From an uncultured virus (IMG/VR IMGVR_UViG_2687453603_000006) (taxonomy: Duplodnaviria; Heunggongvirae; Uroviricota; Caudoviricetes): a stretch of 64,000 nt of DNA. Where the stretch lies: the IMG/VR virus record IMGVR_UViG_2687453603_000006, one strand, 5' to 3'. This document shows, piece after piece, positions 54,669 to 64,000 of this stretch. The translations under genes were made by a program, and so were the position numbers. Position 1 is the stretch's first letter. The number at the start of each line of letters is the position of its first letter. Under the pieces are notes generated by a model. That model had not been told where the DNA came from. It was given only the letters and a program-made list of their open reading frames with translations, and ran no database searches.

Positions 54669-55193
54669 TTAGATTTCTAACATATTGATCGTTTTATGTT
54701 TTCTACGTTTGTTTTCTTTTGTCTTTTTAATTGTTACGACTTTAGTTTCTGTTTCTTCTATTTCTTTATGTTGTTTTTCTATTCGTTTTAAATTCTTATA
54801 AAAGTCTGAGGCCTCATCATACACATATGGTACAATTCCAATTCCTCTTGCATTCTCTGTTGAATGATTTTGTATATTAAAAAAGTAATCTAGCGTTAAT
54901 GCAATGGCTTTATATCTGTAACCATATTCTTCATGCAAGTTTTTTATTTGTTTTAGTATTAAGCCTGTTGGTTTTTCTATATCAAATAGCTCTAATATAA
55001 AATCAATCAGTTCTTTTCTCTCTTGTTTATCTCTCTCTTTGATTATGTCCTCTTCGGTTTTGTTTTCTTCAATTTCGATCAAATGTTCTTCTAAGCACTC
55101 TTCATGCCAGTATCTTCGACCTTTTTTAATCATACCGTCTTTGTTATCTTCTTCTTTACAATGAGGACACTTAACTAGTCTAGCCATAAGCAT
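54669..55193 (-). CDS. SPbeta YorH-like protein (possible helicase loader/initiator)
   Basis: CPHC..H..C zinc motif, GIGIVPYVY; position upstream of helicase. Confidence 0.6.
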   Translation of the reverse strand: MLMARLVKCPHCKEEDNKDGMIKKGRRYWHEECLEEHLIEIEENKTEEDIIKERDKQERKELIDFILELFDIEKPTGLILKQIKNLHEEYGYRYKAIALTLDYFFNIQNHSTENARGIGIVPYVYDEASDFYKNLKRIEKQHKEIEETETKVVTIKKTKENKRRKHKTINMLEI

Positions 55194-55263
55194 TCCACTT
55201 CCTCGTTTAAAAGTAGTCCAGTAACTCTAAAGCTACTGGACTTCATAATTACATCACTTATTT

Positions 55264-56232
55264 CTATAAATTTTCGTTTAATTCATCAATCAAGATAGAT
55301 ACTGCTTCAACTTGACGTTCTTTCAAGTCAGCTACTTTAACATCTACACCGAATGTATCTTCCATAGCTTGTGTAAATTCTTCTAATCTATCTGCTTTCA
55401 GATAAGTTTTTCCTAATTCTGTTAATTTTTCTTTTAATTCTCCAAAGTCTAATTCTTCAGATTTAGTATTCTCAACGAACTCATCATATGAAACTGTTGT
55501 TCCACCTTGTTGTTCTTCACGTTCAATACCTTTAATAACTGCTTTTTCTAAGTTCTCAGCAGTGAATGGTTCAATTTTGTTAGGCATTAAGTCAAATCTA
55601 GAACGTGCGAAGAATTCTTCTGTTTCACGAACATATCCAGTAGATAAAACAACATTTCCATCTTCATCAACGCCATTAGACTTGATATAAACTGTTATAT
55701 CAACTAAGTCTCTTACAATACCCATTGAACGACTATCACCAGCCGGAATAATTTGATCAGTATTCTTATCTACTGAAGTGTGACCAATGAAAACCACTGT
55801 ATATCCACAAGAAGTTAATTTATCAATTTCTAACCAGAATTCTTCTTTGTAGTTTGACCATAAGCCGAAACCACCATTACCACTTGCAATATCCTTCGCA
55901 CCATGTGCATTTGCTACATATTTCTGACAGTACATAGAAGCAATATCTACTGTATCGAAAATGATTGTATCGTATAACTCACGGGCTTTATCTTTATCTT
56001 TACCTGTAAATTGTTTGTTTAATTTTTTGAAGTCTGACCATTTTGTAATATAGTTAAAAGGAATACCAGAAATTGCGTTCAAACCTTTTTCAAAACCTAA
56101 GTAGAATGGTTTACTTAATTTTGTAGCGTTCAAAGTCTTACCTACCGAGTTTGATCCATATAATAAAATCGTTTTTCCTTCTAAACCTTTTGGTACTACT
56201 GATAATGTTGGACTAAAAATATCTAATGACAT
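55264..56232 (-). CDS. AAA/RecA-like ATPase (Sak4/YorG-like)
   Basis: YGSNSVGKT, FEKG, IFDT, FIGH, ARSRF. Confidence 0.85.
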   Translation of the reverse strand: MSLDIFSPTLSVVPKGLEGKTILLYGSNSVGKTLNATKLSKPFYLGFEKGLNAISGIPFNYITKWSDFKKLNKQFTGKDKDKARELYDTIIFDTVDIASMYCQKYVANAHGAKDIASGNGGFGLWSNYKEEFWLEIDKLTSCGYTVVFIGHTSVDKNTDQIIPAGDSRSMGIVRDLVDITVYIKSNGVDEDGNVVLSTGYVRETEEFFARSRFDLMPNKIEPFTAENLEKAVIKGIEREEQQGGTTVSYDEFVENTKSEELDFGELKEKLTELGKTYLKADRLEEFTQAMEDTFGVDVKVADLKERQVEAVSILIDELNENL

Positions 56233-56354
56233 ATGTATATCTCTCCTATTGTGTTTTTTATTGGTATTACTAGGGAGAATTGCTCTCCCCAGTTTTTATA
56301 TTATGTATGTTATTTCTAGATAAAACTGTGATTTTATTCGATGATTAGAGATGA

Positions 56355-57314
56355 TTAAAATGGTAAATCGTCATCATCAATTTCGATTGTTGGTTTAGCA
56401 GCTTTAGGTTTGCTAGTTGCTACACCTTTTTTAACTTCTGTTTTCTTAGTTCCATTAGTAGAAGCTTCTACTTCTGTTTTCTTATCTTCGTATTTTTTGT
56501 TTGCTTCTTTAATTTCTTCTTCAGTGATGTATTTTGGATCATCCTCATCTTCAATTGGAATAATACCTTCAACTAATAACTTACGTTCTACTTCACGTCT
56601 AGTATCAACAATTGCTTTACCGATACCAGCTGATGATGAGCGTTCTACTTGTTCAACGATGAATTTATTAATAATTAATCCTTGTAAGATAAGTGATTGA
56701 CCTAATTCAACTTCATCTTCGATCCATTCAGCTACGCCATACTCATCATTAGCAGTGAATTCAAATGGATGTGCTTGTCCTCTATAATCAATTGTTGCTG
56801 CTTTGAATGTTACTTCATCAGTTTCTTCTTCATTCTTAATAACACGTTGTCCTTTTGAAATTAAGTAAGTTTGTAATGTGAATTCTGCACCAAATTGAGC
56901 ATTTTCAACATCTTTTACACGATTAACAAAACGAGCTTCAATTTGATTAGTTTCAACAACTTTTTCTGCTTTATTTTTATACATATTAATAGACATTGAT
57001 CCATTTACGTTAACAACTGTTGCTTCTGCGTCTTCTCCAGCTTTATTTTCTGAAATGTCTTCAATTGATACATATTCTTTTTGCATTGTTTCAATTGCAG
57101 AATAACTTTTATTTTCAGTTTTAACACCATCACGCTCAAAATGTTTAACTGCCATCATTTTAGCTGTGTGTGTTTCACCTTTACCAGTTTCAATTCTTAA
57201 TGTAGCAATTTTCATTGGGACTTTTTTAGCTGTTACTAAATCTGTTACCTCTAATGATTTTAATGTTCCTGTCACGCTTACTTTGTTTTCGAATTGTTTT
57301 TTAGTTTCTGCCAT
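56355..57314 (-). CDS. Phage single-stranded DNA-binding protein (YorF-like)
   Basis: NKVSVTGTL OB-fold start, DDDDLPF acidic tail. Confidence 0.75.
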   Translation of the reverse strand: MAETKKQFENKVSVTGTLKSLEVTDLVTAKKVPMKIATLRIETGKGETHTAKMMAVKHFERDGVKTENKSYSAIETMQKEYVSIEDISENKAGEDAEATVVNVNGSMSINMYKNKAEKVVETNQIEARFVNRVKDVENAQFGAEFTLQTYLISKGQRVIKNEEETDEVTFKAATIDYRGQAHPFEFTANDEYGVAEWIEDEVELGQSLILQGLIINKFIVEQVERSSSAGIGKAIVDTRREVERKLLVEGIIPIEDEDDPKYITEEEIKEANKKYEDKKTEVEASTNGTKKTEVKKGVATSKPKAAKPTIEIDDDDLPF

Positions 57315-57357
57315 AATTAAATCTCTCCTAGTACATTTTATTATTATATTTTATTTC

Positions 57358-58038
57358 TTATAAGTTAGATAAATATTTTTGTTCTTCAGCTTCTAATTCT
57401 TCAGGTGATACTGCGTTAAAATCTTCGTCTGAGCCAGATCTCGGAGCCTTATAATACTCATTTGAACCATTATACTCTTCATCGGTATATTCAAACTCTA
57501 CTCCAGTTCCTTCAACCTTATCAGGTATCTCAAGCTCTTCGATTTCTGGATAATCGTAATTATCATAATCTGTTTGACTTACATTTAATAAGCCATCAAA
57601 TACTCTATCAACTACAATTGCTTCATCATCTCCATGTTCAACAATCGCATGACCTGTACTCATGAACGCATTAATAATAATCGCATAATCTTGATCGTCA
57701 AGTCCATATAAATTGTCTCCATCACATGTTACAGCATTTGCAGTAAATACTACGTTACCATGTGCTAAATAATTTTCATTAATAAGTATATTAGGTAAAT
57801 TCCTTTGAGCTTTCAATGGAATTTTAACTAATTCGTCTTGTTCGGTATAAAAGTCTCCTCTTGGTTCATTAAACCAAACAAAGTAATCTCCTATTTGCTC
57901 AACCATCACTACATCTCCAACTTGAGAGCGGATAAAAGTTTCTTTATCATTTATTTTATTCAAGTCGTAATCAATAACGGTTTTATCTGAGTCGCCAGAT
58001 TTAGCGTCTCCTCTGGGTTTTACAACAATAAATTTCAT
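57358..58038 (-). CDS. DUF3846-like protein with acidic tail
   Basis: IVVKP, VWFNE, HGNVVF, GLDDQD. Confidence 0.5.
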   Translation of the reverse strand: MKFIVVKPRGDAKSGDSDKTVIDYDLNKINDKETFIRSQVGDVVMVEQIGDYFVWFNEPRGDFYTEQDELVKIPLKAQRNLPNILINENYLAHGNVVFTANAVTCDGDNLYGLDDQDYAIIINAFMSTGHAIVEHGDDEAIVVDRVFDGLLNVSQTDYDNYDYPEIEELEIPDKVEGTGVEFEYTDEEYNGSNEYYKAPRSGSDEDFNAVSPEELEAEEQKYLSNL

Positions 58039-58055
58039 GATTTCAATTTTCCTCC

Positions 58056-58544
58056 TTATGTTGCTGGTGTAAATACATCGAAGTAATCATAAGTCTGAAA
58101 AATTCCGTTTAATTCTTTAAATTTTTTAATATATGTATCTACTGGGTTTGTGATCGTTGATACTTCTCCATTAGCTGCAATAATCTTATCGTAATATCCG
58201 ATAACTTCTGCATATTTACTAATCTTAGATGAGATTTCAGTATCAAATTCATTTTCAATTGTTGATGGCTCTGCTTCTTCTACTGTTGGTTCAGTATCAA
58301 GTACCTCTTGCTCTCCATCGACAATAACTTCCTCATCGTAACCATCTCCGATTAACTCATCATTAATATCTGAGTCATTCACAGTGCTTATATAAGACGG
58401 TTCTGAATGAATTAGTTCTTGTTCAATCATTCGTGATAAATCACTAAATGCTGTTTTTCTCAAGAACATTACTAAATCTAACACTCTTCCATTCATACTA
58501 CCAAAATCGGTTTGAACCGACACATAACTTGTCTTTAAGTCCAT
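58056..58544 (-). CDS. Acidic hypothetical protein
   Basis: ORF with RBS. Confidence 0.65.
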   Translation of the reverse strand: MDLKTSYVSVQTDFGSMNGRVLDLVMFLRKTAFSDLSRMIEQELIHSEPSYISTVNDSDINDELIGDGYDEEVIVDGEQEVLDTEPTVEEAEPSTIENEFDTEISSKISKYAEVIGYYDKIIAANGEVSTITNPVDTYIKKFKELNGIFQTYDYFDVFTPAT

Positions 58545-58559
58545 ATAAGTTTTCCTTTC

Positions 58560-58853
58560 CTAATGATATTGTAAACCTAAATCAGTTTTGTATTCTTTGT
58601 TACTATAAACCTTAGCGTCACTAACATTCAAATCATATTCGATCACTGAAGTTCGTTCACTAGGATCACTCATTTGATACACTTTAATATGTTTCTTCAT
58701 GAGTTGAAAAATACTTTCCATAGCTTCGTCTTCAATTTTCGTCCAATCTCTTTCAGTTAGCTTACCAAAGGGTTTGTCTCTAGTAACTCGAACACTGTAA
58801 TTTGCCATAAGCAACCTCTCTTTATTATATTTTATTTTTTCATGATCGCTCAT
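58560..58853 (-). CDS. Hypothetical protein (first gene of replication operon)
   Basis: ORF downstream of consensus-like promoter. Confidence 0.6.
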   Translation of the reverse strand: MSDHEKIKYNKERLLMANYSVRVTRDKPFGKLTERDWTKIEDEAMESIFQLMKKHIKVYQMSDPSERTSVIEYDLNVSDAKVYSNKEYKTDLGLQYH

Positions 58854-58862
58854 GATTTCAAA

Positions 58863-58902
58863 TTACAATAATTATTGTAACATCAAATCAGGAGCGTGTC
58901 AA
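58863..58902 (-). promoter_or_regulatory. Sigma-A promoter with overlapping 18-bp palindrome
   Basis: TTGACA-17-TACAAT; TTACAATAATTATTGTAA at 58863-58880. Confidence 0.75.
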
Positions 58903-58966
58903 CAACCTTATTATATTTTATTTTTTATGTATTCCCTATATTGATTTATAGGGTTTCAATCTACAT

Positions 58967-59998
58967 TTATAACTCTTTAAAAGTTACATTGTAGTTGAGT
59001 AATAATGCGTCTTTATGTTTCTTAGCTAGTGCTTTATAAGTATACATAGGAGAATATGCATGGACAGATAATTGATATCTATCAACAACATATTTCATAT
59101 CTTCAATACTAACTTGATTGTTTTGATCAGCCATCTCACTTAAATAATAAATAATACCAGAATTCATCATAGTTAATACCGAAGATATTTCTCCATCAGT
59201 TATTTCTTTTAATAAATTCATTTTTCTATAAACATATTGCTTATCCACTTTTGCGTCATCATATTTAGTTGTCGCAACATTTCTGAACACATAATCTCCA
59301 TCTAAAATTACTCTATGGCTTGTTCTTGATGTACTTTCACCGTTTTTAAGATAATAATCTTCTTGCATATATGCTCTCTCTAAAGCCTTGATTAAAGTGG
59401 CAGATACATCCAATGTTCTAGTTGATATACTTTGATCGCTATTTATACTTCTTAGTTCGATTTCATAAGTATTATTAGGTTTTGGTTTGTTTTTTGCTTT
59501 TTTAACATCTTGAATTTTTAAATTACTAATTTCACTATAAGTATTTCCATTTAGTCCTTCAAATAAAGCTAAATATAGAGCATAATCACATTCGTTTGCT
59601 ACATTTTTTAAAGAGATATCAAAGTTATTTTTAGAAAAGTATTTTAATTTATGTTTAGCTAAATAATTATCAAGCTGACTATACATAAACGTATTATATA
59701 GATTTATATTGCTAGACTTTTTACCTGTTTTAATCGCATAGTCACAATATCTTCTTGCTTGGTTAAGGTATGTAACTAAGGTATTTCTCTGTGCAGTATT
59801 AATACTAAATAACAAAATTTGAATTTCATTATCTGTAAAATTATATAAATCTTTATTTAATTGTTCTTCTAATTGTTTACTTCTCCTAAAAAGTGATCGG
59901 AAGTTCGCCCTGTTTTCCTCACTAATAGTTGATAAGAACTCATCTTTAAAAAATTGATTGTAGTAATTCATACTCTTTCCCCCTATGTCTCCTTGCAC
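58967..59998 (-). CDS. Catalytically degenerate tyrosine-recombinase-fold protein, YopR/MrpR(SroF)-like repressor
   Basis: EEQLNKDLYNFT, ALFEG..G..YSEISNLK, NSG; no catalytic R or HxxR; third gene of a YopP-Q-R-like trio. Confidence 0.75.
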   Translation of the reverse strand: MQGDIGGKSMNYYNQFFKDEFLSTISEENRANFRSLFRRSKQLEEQLNKDLYNFTDNEIQILLFSINTAQRNTLVTYLNQARRYCDYAIKTGKKSSNINLYNTFMYSQLDNYLAKHKLKYFSKNNFDISLKNVANECDYALYLALFEGLNGNTYSEISNLKIQDVKKAKNKPKPNNTYEIELRSINSDQSISTRTLDVSATLIKALERAYMQEDYYLKNGESTSRTSHRVILDGDYVFRNVATTKYDDAKVDKQYVYRKMNLLKEITDGEISSVLTMMNSGIIYYLSEMADQNNQVSIEDMKYVVDRYQLSVHAYSPMYTYKALAKKHKDALLLNYNVTFKEL

Positions 59999-61266
59999 AA
60001 TTCTAATACTTTAGAATACGTTTCTTCCTTGACCAACTTTTCCTTTGTGTTTTGTAAAGTGAAATTGAAATCATTATTTTTAAGGTATTCTTCCAATTTA
60101 TCCAATAAATGAAGATATTCATCAACATCATTGTTGTATTTTTCTTTAAACAATTTAATAAATGCGTATACATAATATTGAGATTTCAAAGTGTTTGAGT
60201 ATTGTTTTAACTCGTTAACTCTTGAAAGTATTTTGCTAAGTTTCTCAGCAAGAATAACTTCTTCTTTTCTACTATTTAAAGTATACATATCATCTATAAT
60301 ATTAGTAAGATTATTGAAAGTTATCAATGATTTATCATTTTTTAATCTTGATCCTGTATAAATTAAATAACTAAATTCATGATCCGAATTTTTAATTGCT
60401 TTTACTACTTTTGAAGCTCGATTTTCTAATTGCATTTCACTTATTCTATTTTTAGACCACGCAGTTGCTTTTGAATGTTGAGCTTGCCATTTGATTGCTT
60501 CAGAAGTGGTGAAGTTACTAAATACTACGTTGAATTCAAATTCGATCATAGGGTTTTCACGTAATGCTCTTTGAACTGCTAAAAGTCTGTGGAAACCATC
60601 TAATACATCTATTCTTGTATCTTCAGTGACTATTAATGTGTACGTTGAGTTATCGTAAATCAATTCATCACCTACACTACTAGTCGTTGGAGCAGCGTTT
60701 AAATAGATTGTACTTTCTTTAAGACTATCATTTAATAAATGGTTTACCATTTCTCTAACATTTCTCTCGTTGATATTAGGTGTTTTTATTATTTCACCAG
60801 TTCGTATTTCCAATTTTGCTTCTCTTTGAATATCAAAATTATAATTAATAATACCACTATTCATGAATGCTCCCAGCTCTTTTACCGACATTTTCGTACT
60901 GTAAACGTCATTTACTGGTAGAGTTGGTGTAAATTCATAAGGTAAAGTAACTTCATCAGCTTTGTTATACGCTAAAAAATCGTATTGTTTGGCTTCTTGT
61001 TGTTCTCCTTTTGGTATATAATCTTCAAGCATTTCTTCTCTTCCGAGAACTTTAAAAGCTTCCATAATATACAAAGTAATCAATCTTAAATCAGTTGTAT
61101 CAAAGAAGTTTCTATCCAAGTCTCTTGAAGTAAATGAATAAGTTAGCCCTTTTGGAATTTTATAATTATTTTCCATATTTGTAGCAATTTTCTCGATTGC
61201 TGTATCGTCTTTTTGGTTTCTTAATTCTGAAACAATATTGATCAATACATCTTCTTTATTCATCAT
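59983..61266 (-). CDS. ParB/DndB-like (DGxHR) protein, YopQ(SroE)-like
   Basis: YNFDIQR, VLDGFHRL; synteny. Confidence 0.72.
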   Translation of the reverse strand: MMNKEDVLINIVSELRNQKDDTAIEKIATNMENNYKIPKGLTYSFTSRDLDRNFFDTTDLRLITLYIMEAFKVLGREEMLEDYIPKGEQQEAKQYDFLAYNKADEVTLPYEFTPTLPVNDVYSTKMSVKELGAFMNSGIINYNFDIQREAKLEIRTGEIIKTPNINERNVREMVNHLLNDSLKESTIYLNAAPTTSSVGDELIYDNSTYTLIVTEDTRIDVLDGFHRLLAVQRALRENPMIEFEFNVVFSNFTTSEAIKWQAQHSKATAWSKNRISEMQLENRASKVVKAIKNSDHEFSYLIYTGSRLKNDKSLITFNNLTNIIDDMYTLNSRKEEVILAEKLSKILSRVNELKQYSNTLKSQYYVYAFIKLFKEKYNNDVDEYLHLLDKLEEYLKNNDFNFTLQNTKEKLVKEETYSKVLELCKET

Positions 61267-61286
61267 TTTCCTCCTTACTAAATTTC

Positions 61287-61375
61287 TATTTTCATTTTTT
61301 TATATTTCATTTTTTCGATTTTTGTTTTTTAGATTTTTGTTTTTTAGATATTCATTTTTTGGTTTCTATTTTTCG
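61287..61375. repeat. Degenerate 15-bp tandem repeats (about 6 units)
   Basis: GATTTTTGTTTTTTA x2 exact (61317-61346), flanked by ATATTTCATTTTTTC and GATATTCATTTTTTG. Confidence 0.7.
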
Positions 61376-61561
61376 CATTCTTTATTTTATGTTTCAAAAG
61401 AATACCTACAATTTTTATATGTTTTCTCTTACACGTATTATATCATATTACTGTTTTAGAAATAAACTAAAAATACACATATTCTTTATGATATTTTAGT
61501 AATATAATTCGTAAATAGCATAATAAATTTCATTAAGTGATATAATACATTTTCCATGTTG

Positions 61562-62614
61562 TTACTTAATTTTATTCAATTCGGTTTTAACTTGAAGTTG
61601 AATAGCTTCTGGTAATGATTTTAACACTTCAATTAGTTGATCCTTTTCAAAATTATTAAAATCTACATCTTTAACTCCAGTTGCGAAGTTATTAGATACT
61701 GCTCCTTTAAAAGCTTCTTCATTATCAGCTATATAACGTTGAGTAGTTTCCATGTTACTATGGCTACCAACATTCATGGCTACTCTTATATCCTTTGTGC
61801 ATTCATATGCGTATGTTACTGCACCTTTTTTAAAACTATGGAATGTTATATTTCTATTTTCCCAACCTAAAGACTTTTTAGCCCTATTTAACATGTCAGT
61901 TCTATTTTTTCCTGAGAAATTAAAGATGTTATCAGTTAAGTTAAGTTGATCGAATTTTAAATCATTGTGCATATTATCATAAAACTCACGACTAATGACT
62001 TTAGTATAAGCTTTTTTACCTTTATCGACACCTTTAACAATCACTTCATCTTCTTTAATAACAAATGACGCTTTAGTTAATTTATTTAATGCTTCTGCAC
62101 GCACTCCAGTATCAAGTGCTAATAAACAGTAGTAATACTTATCTAAAGCTTTTCTATTCTCATTATCTTTGATCCAATTTATTAAAGCATATGCCTCTTC
62201 AAGTGATAAAGCTTCATACGAATTATTAGTTGTTTTTAATTTAGATAACTGATTAATGATATTAATATCAATATTATAACCATATGATGAAAGATATTTA
62301 ATGAACTCTTTTAAAGCACACATTTTACGATTGATTGTGCTAGCACTTAATTTCTTCTCTTCTAATAAGTATGAGCGATACTTAACAATATTATTTCTTG
62401 TAAAAATCATGTACACAACGTCAGCTGCACTTTCATTATTACAATTAAAATATTTGAAGAATTGTGCTACGTCATCTCTATATGCAATTTTAGTTCTCTC
62501 TGAATTGATACCAACTTCATTTGAATAGTTCTCGATCAACTCAGTTAATTTCATATTAAAATGTGTTACCTTTTGATTTAATTCTACTTTTGATAAAGCG
62601 TTCATTTGTTTCAT
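61562..62614 (-). CDS. Tyrosine recombinase-family protein, YopP(SroD)-like
   Basis: DTGVR, KG, HSFK (HxxR to HxxK), HS, TTQRY. Confidence 0.82.
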   Translation of the reverse strand: MKQMNALSKVELNQKVTHFNMKLTELIENYSNEVGINSERTKIAYRDDVAQFFKYFNCNNESAADVVYMIFTRNNIVKYRSYLLEEKKLSASTINRKMCALKEFIKYLSSYGYNIDINIINQLSKLKTTNNSYEALSLEEAYALINWIKDNENRKALDKYYYCLLALDTGVRAEALNKLTKASFVIKEDEVIVKGVDKGKKAYTKVISREFYDNMHNDLKFDQLNLTDNIFNFSGKNRTDMLNRAKKSLGWENRNITFHSFKKGAVTYAYECTKDIRVAMNVGSHSNMETTQRYIADNEEAFKGAVSNNFATGVKDVDFNNFEKDQLIEVLKSLPEAIQLQVKTELNKIK

Positions 62615-62703
62615 CTCCTTAACTTAATTTTATTATATATTATTTCTTAAATACTTTCAATACCTCTTTTCATTTTTCTTAAATTTTATTTCTTAACTAT
62701 ATT

Positions 62704-62856
62704 CCCCGTGAATTTCTCATTCGCTGTTATATAGCGATATTTCTGAAAACCCCTGTGGAATTTTAGGATCGCTGTTATATAGCAATATTTTTCGTTCCCC
62801 AACCATTTCAAAAAAAGCCACCCATCGCAAACCCAAACCCCCCCACCCATCGCAAA
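62704..62856. repeat. Paired palindromic direct repeats plus C-rich repeats
   Basis: TCGCTGTTATATAGC(G/A)ATATTT at 62721 and 62769; CCACCCATCGCAAA at 62818 and 62843. Confidence 0.8.
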
Positions 62857-63296
62857 AACATCGAACACGATACAATTATTTATATATATTATTATTTTCT
62901 TTCCATTTTGTCTGTTCGCTGCTTTGATCTCGCTACTACTTCACCACTTTAAAATATAGTATCATGATTTAATTAATATATATGTGCTATTTTATGATCT
63001 CAATTGTATATATAACTGCATTAATACCATATAACAAAGCCATTTAATTATTATAATACGCTTATATATAACGTTTATAGCGTCATTTTAAGACTTTTAA
63101 CGTGTTTTAATGGTACTTATACACATATTTTTATATGGCTTTTATAGGCTCTTAAATGGCCATATAAAGCATATTTATATAATAAAATACGTGTTTTATT
63201 TTAAATTATGATTGTGTTAATAGCCTTGAAACACTAGGCAAAAACGCAAAAAATAAAACGCCTATTATAAAATATAATAAGCGTTTTACTTTGTCA

Positions 63297-63725
63297 TTAT
63301 TCAATTAATTCATATTGTGAACCGTATTTTATTATAAATTCTTTCTCACTCATTTTTTTACCGTCAAAGCCACTGTATAGATGGCGTTCGTCTTTGTGTG
63401 CTCTTTCCGTGTGGTAGTTTTCATATAATCGCATGGCCTCACTTGTAGTTAATAAATAAGTTGTATAACTTTTCCTAACTTCTGCCGCTTTCATTAGTCC
63501 GCTTTTAAAGTCTCTTACACATGTATTAGCTGGCAATTGATAAATTATTTCACATTCTTTAAATGTCATGACTTGCGTCAATGATTTTCTTAATTTAAAA
63601 AAATTAATGTGTTTATTTTTAAGATCGTATAATTTTGTAAATCGTTGAAATGGTTCCCACTTCATCCCGTTTGTGTCCGATCTCTTGAAATTTGAAACGC
63701 TATTTTTTTTGATATATTTTTTCAT
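63297..63725 (-). CDS. Putative helix-turn-helix protein
   Basis: VMTFKECEIIYQLPANTC..RKS..TYLLT..AM.RLY pattern. Confidence 0.55.
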   Translation of the reverse strand: MKKYIKKNSVSNFKRSDTNGMKWEPFQRFTKLYDLKNKHINFFKLRKSLTQVMTFKECEIIYQLPANTCVRDFKSGLMKAAEVRKSYTTYLLTTSEAMRLYENYHTERAHKDERHLYSGFDGKKMSEKEFIIKYGSQYELIE

Positions 63726-63786
63726 TGCTTTTTATCTCCCTTAATGATCAATTATTATTTTATTTATGAAACGATCAATATATAAA

Positions 63787-63809
63787 TATCTAGCCGCAAA
63801 GGCTAGATA
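63787..63809. terminator. Hairpin TATCTAGCC-GCAAA-GGCTAGATA
   Basis: Perfect 9-bp stem. Confidence 0.5.
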
Positions 63810-64000
63810 ATTGTATATGTGCTTTTAATTTGTCCGTTTTCTGTTTCTTCCGTTTTTATACATATCTTATATTTATATATATCTTTCAATTGCTTATTAA
63901 TTTCTTTCATGATGTTTAATTGATATTGTGAAAAATCATAATTAATATATTTAACACCATATGAAAGCAATTTTAAAATGTGCGTGGCTGCTTTATCTTT

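Noticed and set aside
61238..61459. 73-aa Phe-rich + strand ORF
   Set aside because: Translation artefact of the T-rich 15-bp repeats.
61562..62614. Second prophage integrase marking a separate element
   Set aside because: HxxK substitution and YopP-Q-R-like synteny fit the SPbeta regulatory module better; no att site seen.
61287..62856. CRISPR array
   Set aside because: No run of three or more identical repeats with unique spacers, and no cas genes.
62686..62868. 60-aa ORF over the repeat/G-rich region
   Set aside because: No RBS; composition is dictated by the DNA repeats.

Overview
This 64 kb window is the integrase-proximal, early/replication arm of a large AT-rich SPbeta-like temperate prophage, most likely staphylococcal (gene content and IS256/Tn4001 cargo). 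Nearly all genes are on the - strand. From left to right: (1) large serine integrase, a Myb-repeat protein and RusA; (2) a nucleotide-metabolism block, in which class Ib nrdE carries both a LAGLIDADG intein and an ORF-less group I intron; (3) an NDT / CmoA-like / cytosine-C5 methyltransferase cluster; (4) DNA ligase and a DnaE polymerase split by a second group I intron right at the PDIDID catalytic motif; (5) an ~8.9 kb resistance insert: Tn4001 (IS256-aacA-aphD-IS256) inside a ribD-like gene, a frameshifted WYL regulator, aphA-3, a duplication-inactivated sat4 and truncated aadE; (6) many small accessory genes (Doc/AbrB toxin-antitoxin, three metallophosphoesterases, Lar-like, thermonuclease, ATP-grasp, MBL hydrolase); (7) an SPbeta-type replication operon; (8) a YopR/YopQ/YopP-like (MrpR/SroDEF-type) repression module followed by a repeat-rich, G-quadruplex-capable noncoding region. 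The strongest novelty candidates are the CmoA-like gene coupled to a motif-X-variant C5 methyltransferase (possible DNA carboxymethylcytosine system) and a co-oriented 15-bp element repeated about 18 times in phage intergenic regions. All family assignments come from motif recognition by eye; no searches were run.
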